Shown piece by piece: positions 57,395 to 64,000 of a stretch of DNA of 64,000 bases (position 1 is its first letter; each line of letters starts with the position of its first letter). Source of the DNA: Snowella sp. (GTDB taxonomy: Bacteria > Cyanobacteriota > Cyanobacteriia > Cyanobacteriales > Microcystaceae); contig QBMS01000003.1 of NCBI GenBank assembly GCA_003249095.1, positions 15,875 to 79,874 on the forward strand, written 5' to 3'. The notes beneath the pieces were generated by a model. That model was given only the letters and a program-made list of their open reading frames with translations, was not told the origin of the DNA and ran no database searches. A program made the position numbers and the translations under genes.

Positions 57395-58648
57395 TTATAG
57401 GGACCGAAAAACGGCAAAAACAGATGTGTAGCCATGGAGAAAGGTTCTTTTCCCAACAGGGCCGATTTCACCATTGCAAAAGAATCCTGCTAGGGGAATA
57501 TCGGGAACGTGATCTCGGAATAATTCGGAATCAAAGTTAGGAACTTGATAAAGAGAGTTGCCTCTTCCTAAACAGGAAAATAAGAGAGTCGCTTGAGGCA
57601 CCTTAGTTTTTGAGTTGGTTTGATATTTTTTTAATAGAAAATCTAGGTCTTCTGCTGAAGTTTGAGCATCCCTTAGATGGAACTGAATTCTTTGACCGGG
57701 ACGGACACGATCGCCGATGGCAATTGCCCCATAACGAGGATCAACTCCCAGTAAGTTACGGATCAAAAAATCGCCTGACTGTAGGGCTAATTTAAATTCA
57801 TCCCCGACGAGACCGACAAAAAGGGAATTTTGGGCTAATTCTTGATCTTTTTTACTTAAGGTTTGGATTAAATTTCTTAACGCTTCTAACGGTGCAATAG
57901 GATGTAACTCGCCACTTTGATCATCGGGGACTAAAATTTCTGTAATAATATTTCGCTCCCCTTGACTGACTTGGTAGGGTTGGCCAATGGGACGACAGCC
58001 CTGGGCGACAATCGTATCAATCTGAATATTTCCACTGAGAGCAACACCGATCGTTCCCTGCCCATAGAGAGGTGAAGACGGTTGATTTTTATCATAAAAA
58101 AATAAATTTCCCTGATTCATCATCCCGCCGCCACTAGCCAAACCGCCAATTTTGACCGATTGGGGATAGGCAAAATCTAACCCTTCGAGCAGATCATTAA
58201 TGCCTGTTGCCATCGGATCGGATAAAAGAAGGAAATGGGGATTTTTTTCGGGGGCAACTTTGATAAGTTCCGTCCATTTTTGGGGAGGACTATCGGAATC
58301 AGGTAGGCGATCGCTGTCAATCCGAAACGCTTGGATTTCCACGTCTGGTAAACGAGCGACCATTAAACTCAGGGCAGGAGTTCCTTCTACTTCTAAAACC
58401 TGATCGGGTTCTTTCATCCCAATAATGCCACCGCCGCCACAACCAATGAGTAGAGGCAAAGATATTTTTTCCAATAACAGAGGTACAAGACGAGAATAAT
58501 CACTGGCAAAGGCTGCTGAAAGAAACACAATCCCTAAATCAGGGTTATCTGTAAAGGATTCCTTGATACCAGCGACAACTTCAGACACCGCAGCCTCCAA
58601 TGAAGGACGAGTGGATAGCGCATTGGCCCATTGCATTGGCTTGGTCAT
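57395..58648 (-). CDS. FIST N/C domain sensory protein
   Basis: FIST-like pattern (LLIGCGGGGIIG in the N-part; FFCNGEIGP in the C-part). The ATG at 58648 (MTKPMQW) is preferred over the upstream ORF-track start. Confidence 0.7.
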   Translation of the reverse strand: MTKPMQWANALSTRPSLEAAVSEVVAGIKESFTDNPDLGIVFLSAAFASDYSRLVPLLLEKISLPLLIGCGGGGIIGMKEPDQVLEVEGTPALSLMVARLPDVEIQAFRIDSDRLPDSDSPPQKWTELIKVAPEKNPHFLLLSDPMATGINDLLEGLDFAYPQSVKIGGLASGGGMMNQGNLFFYDKNQPSSPLYGQGTIGVALSGNIQIDTIVAQGCRPIGQPYQVSQGERNIITEILVPDDQSGELHPIAPLEALRNLIQTLSKKDQELAQNSLFVGLVGDEFKLALQSGDFLIRNLLGVDPRYGAIAIGDRVRPGQRIQFHLRDAQTSAEDLDFLLKKYQTNSKTKVPQATLLFSCLGRGNSLYQVPNFDSELFRDHVPDIPLAGFFCNGEIGPVGKRTFLHGYTSVFAVFRSL

Positions 58649-58872
58649 GAAATTTGCCCCCAGGCTTTTAAAAATCACAAAAACGATGGATCCGTCATGA
58701 AAAATTGAAGATCCTAGTTTCATTGTCCCCCAGGACGCGATCGCCAAATAGCATCTTCTAGCATCTGTTATATTATAAGGAAGATATCTACAGGGGCGTA
58801 AGCACTGCGGATCAGATTCGTTAGGACAAACTTGTTTTTTACCGTTTAGAAATTTTAGACATTCAAATACCT

Positions 58873-59097
58873 ATGAGCAATATCCAAGAAAAAATTGAGC
58901 AAGAATTAGCCCACGCCAGAGAAGTCTGTAGCGTAGATGGAGCTAGTCCTGGTGAATGCGCCGCCGCCTGGGATGCGGTAGAAGAATTGCAAGCTGAGGC
59001 CGCCCACCAACGCGAAGGAACTCCCGCTCCTAACTCTCTTCAGCAATATTGTGATGAAAATCCAGATGCCGCCGAATGCCGTATCTACGACGACTAG
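58873..59097 (+). CDS. cp12: CP12 (Calvin-cycle PRK/GAPDH regulator)
   Basis: 74 aa with an N-terminal Cys pair (C..DGASPGEC), AWDAVEEL core motif, and C-terminal Cys pair ending CRIYDD. Confidence 0.85.
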   Translation: MSNIQEKIEQELAHAREVCSVDGASPGECAAAWDAVEELQAEAAHQREGTPAPNSLQQYCDENPDAAECRIYDD

Positions 59098-59147
59098 GCT
59101 AAAGCCTTAATCCCTTCATTTCCTTAAGACCCAAACTCCTTTTTGCG

Positions 59148-59184
59148 AACAGTGAGATTCTTTTTGAAGATTTTCACTGTTTTT
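59148..59184 (+). terminator. candidate intrinsic terminator downstream of cp12
   Basis: Stem AACAGTGA / TCACTGTT (8 bp) around an AT-rich loop, followed by TTTT. Confidence 0.55.
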
Positions 59185-59242
59185 AATGACTTTTTATTTC
59201 CCTATAGCCTGCTAAAATAATTCTTTCAATACATTTAATACA

Positions 59243-59836
59243 ATGGAACAAGTCTGGTTTCGTCCCTTGGTCTGGCTCGATTATCGGTTAGCGGTGATTT
59301 TTGCCCTAATTTTGCCCCTAACTTTGTTGGTTTGGTCGCTCTTACAACGCTCGGATGCCATTCAACAATTACTAATTATCTATTGGCGTGTAGCAAGCTT
59401 GTTGATGATTACGATCTACCTGATGATTCCTAGTTGGCCCATTGCCTATGTAACGGGTATCGTTGCACGAATCCTCATTCCCCTATCCCTCTGGTTTTGG
59501 GTTGATTTAAATGATGAAATCAAGGATTCCCGTCCGACCCTTTTAAAATTAGTAACAACCTCCTGGCGTTGGGCAATCACCATCTATTGCAGTTTAGGAG
59601 TCATGGCTTTTATTCCCTTTCTTTCCTGTGCTTTTGCTCCTGGATCTGTAGAAACGCCCTTCTGTCAGGTGTGGTTACAAGCTCCCTGGCGTTATAAGGA
59701 AATTATTCATCCGAATGCAACGCCTGGCTTTTTAGGATTTTTAGGCATCATCGGACTCGTCAGCTACGTTCTTTATTTTATCTATTTTATTTTTATCCGT
59801 CTTGCGAAACAGGGACGCTCTGCCTTAGAACAGTGA
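59243..59836 (+). CDS. conserved integral membrane protein (possibly DUF3177-like)
   Basis: 197 aa with 5-6 hydrophobic helices. The family name is from memory only. Confidence 0.6.
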   Translation: MEQVWFRPLVWLDYRLAVIFALILPLTLLVWSLLQRSDAIQQLLIIYWRVASLLMITIYLMIPSWPIAYVTGIVARILIPLSLWFWVDLNDEIKDSRPTLLKLVTTSWRWAITIYCSLGVMAFIPFLSCAFAPGSVETPFCQVWLQAPWRYKEIIHPNATPGFLGFLGIIGLVSYVLYFIYFIFIRLAKQGRSALEQ

Positions 59837-60138
59837 AGCCATTTATTTTACCCATCCATCGGTTAGAACAGTACAGTTTGCGTTTTCCCCAGGAAGTTTT
59901 ATTTCTCACGGTAGAGGATAGGGGAGAACGGGATGAAATTTTAGTCTTCAAAGGATTTTCCAGTTCTTTGATCAATTTCACGGATTCCGATCCCGATATT
60001 CCGATTTTGCCTGAAACGGCTGTTATTTTAAGCATCGATCGCCTTTTTAGCCCCTACAATCCAAACTCTCCGAACTATTTGGAAAAAGGATTAACTTGGG
60101 AGCGGATGCTTGAACGTTTGAACGACTTCAATTTATAA
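59833..60138 (+). CDS. hypothetical protein, translationally coupled to the upstream membrane protein
   Basis: The GTG start overlaps the upstream TGA (GTGA). 101 aa, soluble-looking, no family recognised. Confidence 0.5.
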   Translation: MKPFILPIHRLEQYSLRFPQEVLFLTVEDRGERDEILVFKGFSSSLINFTDSDPDIPILPETAVILSIDRLFSPYNPNSPNYLEKGLTWERMLERLNDFNL

Positions 60139-60241
60139 TTCGTCAGGCACTAAACTTATTGAAAAAATGTCTCTCTAAATTGAGTCTAAATTGTCTATAA
60201 AGATATATCCTTGTAGTGTGATGCGTGAGGACGTGTGATTT

Positions 60242-61684
60242 ATGGTTGCTTCTATGGTTTCTGGTATTAATAGTCGATTATTGTCTGAATCTTCTATTTC
60301 GGCTCAAGAGTTAAATTTATCGAAAGCCCCTCTCTTTGGGACTGATGGTATTCGTGGCAAGGTGGGCGATTTACTGACGGCTCCCTTTGCGTTGCAATTA
60401 GGTTTTTGGGCGGGTCAAATTTTAAGAGAAAATTCCCCCGTTGCTGGCCCTGTATTTATCGGTCAAGATTCCCGCAATTCTAGTGATATGTTAGCGATGG
60501 CGATCGCGGCGGGATTAACCTCGGCGGGATTAGAAGTTTGGCAATTGGGTTTATGTCCCACGCCCTGTGTCGCTCACTTAGCAGGGGTAATGAATGCGAT
60601 CGGCGGCATTATGATTTCAGCGAGCCACAATCCTCCTGAAGACAATGGCATTAAATTTTTTAGTGCAGAAGGATTGAAATTAGGGAAAACCCAGACCCAA
60701 CGGATTGAAGCAGGACTACGGGGCCAAATTCCCTCTTCGGTAGAAAATTCCTCTCCCTACGGCAAAGCTTTTCATGACCCTAATATGGTCAATTACTATG
60801 GACAGTTTTTATTAAACGGATTACCTAAAGATATTGATTTTAGCGGAATGCGTATCGTTTTGGATTTAGCCTGGGGAGCCTCCGTCCTCATTGCTCCTGA
60901 AATGTTCAGAGTCTTGGGGGCGGAAGTCATTTGTCTCCATGACCAGGCGAACGGCGATCGCATTAATGTGAATTGTGGTTCTACTAATTTAACCGCATTA
61001 AAACAAGCCGTTAAGGAACATCAGGCCGATCTTGGCTTTGCCTTTGATGGGGATGCTGATCGTGTGATGGCGGTTGATAACAAGGGAAAAAGTATTGATG
61101 GAGACTATATTCTTTATTTCTGGGGAAAAACCCTAAAAGAACGTCAAGAATTGCCCAATAACTTGATTATTAGTACGGTAATGGCAAATTTAGGCTTTGA
61201 AAGAGCTTGGCAAAAATTGGGTGGAAATCTCGTTCGTACCGCCGTCGGCGATCAATATGTCCAAGCCCATATGTGGGAAACAGGCGCGATGTTAGGCGGT
61301 GAACAATCGGGTCACATTATCTGTCATCACCACAGTTTTTCGGGAGATGGAATCCAAGCCGCGCTACATTTAACGTCTTTGGTGAAACAATCGGGACTTT
61401 CTTTGAGTGAGCTTTTAGATGAAAGTTTCCAGCCCTATCCCCAAATTTTACGCAATGTTCGCGTGGAAGACCGTGATCGCCGACTGAATTGGCAAGAGTG
61501 TGATGTGCTACAAAACGCGATCGCCCGGGCCGAATCCGCAATGGGAGAGGATGGACGGATTTTGGTCAGAGCATCAGGAACCGAACCCGTTATTCGGGTC
61601 ATGGTAGAATCTGCCAGTGCTGACGATGCCGAACACTGGACAAGTGAACTGATTAAAGTCGTTCAAACCCAATTTGCGTCTTAA
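60242..61684 (+). CDS. glmM: phosphoglucosamine mutase
   Basis: [10 protein letters not shown]-terminal motif, active-site [15 protein letters not shown], metal loop FDGDADR, and GEQSGH. Confidence 0.9.
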   Translation: MVASMVSGINSRLLSESSISAQELNLSKAPLFGTDGIRGKVGDLLTAPFALQLGFWAGQILRENSPVAGPVFIGQDSRNSSDMLAMAIAAGLTSAGLEVWQLGLCPTPCVAHLAGVMNAIGGIMISASHNPPEDNGIKFFSAEGLKLGKTQTQRIEAGLRGQIPSSVENSSPYGKAFHDPNMVNYYGQFLLNGLPKDIDFSGMRIVLDLAWGASVLIAPEMFRVLGAEVICLHDQANGDRINVNCGSTNLTALKQAVKEHQADLGFAFDGDADRVMAVDNKGKSIDGDYILYFWGKTLKERQELPNNLIISTVMANLGFERAWQKLGGNLVRTAVGDQYVQAHMWETGAMLGGEQSGHIICHHHSFSGDGIQAALHLTSLVKQSGLSLSELLDESFQPYPQILRNVRVEDRDRRLNWQECDVLQNAIARAESAMGEDGRILVRASGTEPVIRVMVESASADDAEHWTSELIKVVQTQFAS

Positions 61685-61778
61685 AGTCTAATTTTGTTGT
61701 GAACTCCTCGCTTAAGATTCTTGTTAGTATAAGCTTGGGAGATTTAGGAATCATTAGAAAACTTTTGAGAGTAGGCCC

Positions 61779-62144
61779 ATGACGTATAAACTTTTGAAAA
61801 TCCTATCTGAGAGCGGTAATCATTCAGACTTAGAAAGTGGAGAATATACTGCTGAAAAAATACAGGCAGAATTTACTGACCTTGCCTCTCAATGGATTCA
61901 ATCCGTAGAAGGTATGTCATCGACAGTGGAAATGACTAAACATCCTGCCTATCAGAAAATTGTGAGTATGGGAAAAGCAGTAGTTCCTTGCTTATTAGAA
62001 GATTTACGCAACAATCCGCTCTATTGGTTACCTGCTTTACGCCAAATCACCCAACAAAATCCTGTACAACCTGAACAAAGGGGAAAAATCAAACAAATGG
62101 CTGAAGCTTGGTTAAATTGGGGAAAACAAGAAGGTTATATCTAA
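61779..62144 (+). CDS. hypothetical protein (first of a two-gene cassette)
   Basis: 121-aa ORF with an ATG start. The helical-looking HPAYQKIVSMGKAVVPCLLEDL...WLPALRQIT segment resembles a HEAT-like hairpin. Confidence 0.55.
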   Translation: MTYKLLKILSESGNHSDLESGEYTAEKIQAEFTDLASQWIQSVEGMSSTVEMTKHPAYQKIVSMGKAVVPCLLEDLRNNPLYWLPALRQITQQNPVQPEQRGKIKQMAEAWLNWGKQEGYI

Positions 62145-62151
62145 ATCACTG

Positions 62152-62601
62152 ATGGAAAAAGCCATACATTTAGAGTTACGTTACCCCAACTTAGCAATCA
62201 CCGAGTACACCGTAACCAGCCCCAAATCTCAAGAATATAATTGCTTTGCTTGGGTCGCAGGAGATCAAGAACGTTGGTGGCAACCGACACCAGAAGATGA
62301 ATTTTACTGGGTTCCAGGTGTGCCAATGGAAGAAAGTTTATCCGCTTACATACAGGCCTATCAAACATTAGGTTATGTGACCTGTGATAATGCAATATTG
62401 GAGATAGGATACGAAAAAATTGCTTTGTATGTTAACGACGAAGGGGTTCCAACTCATGCGGCCAAGCAACTATTAACGGGAAAATGGTCAAGTAAGCTTG
62501 GTTGGTTAGAAGATATTGAACATGAGTTAGAGGGATTAACAGGTGAAAAATATGGCAAAATTGGACAAATTTTAAAGAGAATTAATTCAATTCAACGATA
62601 A
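62152..62601 (+). CDS. hypothetical protein (second of a two-gene cassette), possible Cys-dependent hydrolase fold
   Basis: 149 aa, starting 7 nt after the upstream stop. The YNCFAWVAG motif and a later His (THAAK) are reminiscent of papain-like/NlpC-type Cys-His enzymes. Speculative. Confidence 0.5.
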   Translation: MEKAIHLELRYPNLAITEYTVTSPKSQEYNCFAWVAGDQERWWQPTPEDEFYWVPGVPMEESLSAYIQAYQTLGYVTCDNAILEIGYEKIALYVNDEGVPTHAAKQLLTGKWSSKLGWLEDIEHELEGLTGEKYGKIGQILKRINSIQR

Positions 62602-62655
62602 ACAGAGAAACTATCGCTTAAAAATCATGATCAGGGGTTTGTTTTTGCTACAAAC

Positions 62656-64000
62656 TCAAGAAAGCAATTGTTGACAAGTTGGAATTAAATATTGAGATAA
62701 CGTCCAGGCATCAACGCCTAATTCTGTACGTTCTTTCACCGCTAAAATTCCTGCTTGAGCGTGCCACCATGCCGCGATCGCAACCAGTTTTTCTAAAGAA
62801 TCCTGGGGATTTTGGGCGAGAATTCCCCCCATTAATCCTGTTAAAACGTCTCCACTTCCTCCCCTAGCTAATGCAGGTGTGCTTTCAGGAATGACCCAGG
62901 TTTGACCATCAGGATTCGCAATCACAGTTCTGGCTCCTTTGAATAAAATAATGGCCTGACTGCATTTTGCCGCTTCTTGTACGGCTTGAAGGCGATCGCG
63001 ATTGGGGTGAGAAATTTCAGGAAATAAACGTTTAAATTCCCCTAAATGAGGCGTTAAAATGGTCGAAAAAGTTCTTTTTGCTAAACTAGAGACTGTGCCG
63101 AGTTGAGCTAAACAATTCAATCCATCCGCATCTAAAATCAGGGGAACGGGAGCCGTTAACACTTTTTCAATAATGGGTAAAGCTTCTAAGGTTAAACCTG
63201 GCCCCGCCGCAATAACAGTATATTTTTCAAAATCTTGAGCTAAATCAGGTAATTCCGCGATCGCGCCTGTTTCAGTTTCGGGACAGTCAATAATTAAAGC
63301 TTCGGGTAAATGGCTGACTAAAAGTGGTTTTAAGGATTGGGGAACCGCGATCGACAGCATTCCCACTCCACTGGCTCTAGCTCCTAATCCTGTTAAAATC
63401 GCGCCGCCTGCATAACGTCGTGAGCCACAAATCAGCAATAAATGACCCTGTTGATATTTATGAGTTAACAAAGAACGAGATAAAGGTAGCGATCGCTGAG
63501 CTAGATTAGGAGTTACTATTTTCACAGAAGAAGCATCAGAAATGACCTTTTTAACAACCGCTTCAGGAATCCCAAAATCCAATTTTTCTACTTTTCCCAA
63601 ATACTCCAAAGCTTGATCTTGAAAAAATGCCAATTTCCATAAACCCAGACATAAACTACGGGTCGCTTTAATGGCAATACCTAAAACTTCCCCCGTATCT
63701 GTATGAAGACCCGACGGTAAATCAATACTGACAATCGGTTGCGACCATTGATTTATCTGTTCGATCGCTTCTCCAATCCATCCTACCAAAGGACGATTTA
63801 AGCCAAAACCAAACAAGCCATCTATGAGAACATCACAATTTTGGAGTGATTGAAGATCTTGGGTAAAAGGAATCCCCAGAAATTGGGCATATTGGGCGTG
63901 GCAAGCCGTTAATTCCTTAACTTTTTCAAAAGGATAATAAACTAAAACTTGATAGTTTTTTAGCCATAATTCCCGTGCAATCACCAAGGCATCTCCGCCG
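62656..64000 (-). CDS. nnr: bifunctional NAD(P)H-hydrate repair enzyme Nnr (epimerase plus ADP-dependent dehydratase), 5' end beyond the window
   Basis: The YjeF_N part (GGDALVIAREL at the window edge, DGLFGFGLNRP) and the carbohydrate-kinase-like C part (GPGL, GGSGDVLTG). The reading frame stays open to position 64000. Confidence 0.85.
   Translation of the reverse strand, partial: GGDALVIARELWLKNYQVLVYYPFEKVKELTACHAQYAQFLGIPFTQDLQSLQNCDVLIDGLFGFGLNRPLVGWIGEAIEQINQWSQPIVSIDLPSGLHTDTGEVLGIAIKATRSLCLGLWKLAFFQDQALEYLGKVEKLDFGIPEAVVKKVISDASSVKIVTPNLAQRSLPLSRSLLTHKYQQGHLLLICGSRRYAGGAILTGLGARASGVGMLSIAVPQSLKPLLVSHLPEALIIDCPETETGAIAELPDLAQDFEKYTVIAAGPGLTLEALPIIEKVLTAPVPLILDADGLNCLAQLGTVSSLAKRTFSTILTPHLGEFKRLFPEISHPNRDRLQAVQEAAKCSQAIILFKGARTVIANPDGQTWVIPESTPALARGGSGDVLTGLMGGILAQNPQDSLEKLVAIAAWWHAQAGILAVKERTELGVDAWTLSQYLIPTCQQLLS

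Overview
This is a cyanobacterial chromosomal window. The assignment rests on the dense HIP1 octamer GCGATCGC and on psb30/ycf12, petH with a CpcD-like N-domain, prk and cp12. No rRNA, tRNA or CRISPR array was recognised by eye. The content falls into five parts. (1) Ordinary core genes: ftsH, moeA, moaE, an aldehyde dehydrogenase, a NarL-type response regulator, cobK, dnaG, prk, petH, murG, cp12, glmM and nnr (cut by the window end). (2) A minus-strand Wzx/Wzy-type polysaccharide cluster at about 15.3-34.9 kb. About 18.9 kb of it (16475-35375) is visibly AT-rich and, by eye, completely lacks HIP1, suggesting horizontal acquisition. The cluster holds glycosyltransferases, four methyltransferases, and a CMP-type cytidylyltransferase/dehydrogenase/cyclase cassette with no recognisable sugar-acid synthase. 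Two IS elements sit between wzx and wzy. One is intact, with an 8-bp target duplication and an in-phase A_AAA_AAG -1 frameshift site. The other is an IS5-like element whose transposase is broken by a ~92-bp insertion. (3) The most interesting locus is a seven-gene minus-strand operon (46480-52118) led by a clear guanidine-I (ykkC) riboswitch (about 52186-52310). It encodes an arginase/agmatinase-fold hydrolase, an unknown 119-aa protein, HypA- and HypB-like Ni chaperones, and a NitT/TauT-type ABC importer. This matches, gene for gene, what I recall of the Ni-dependent guanidine hydrolase system of Synechocystis (sll1077-sll1082); only the 119-aa ORF is unexplained. (4) A 1281-aa STAND P-loop NTPase with about 11 HEAT-like repeats. 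(5) A RelE/ParE toxin with a composite antitoxin, a twin-hairpin dispersed repeat, a SagB/ThcOx-like orphan dehydrogenase behind an ~800-bp ORF-free AT-rich spacer, and several small unannotated or masked ORFs. All family calls come from motif recognition by eye; no searches were run.
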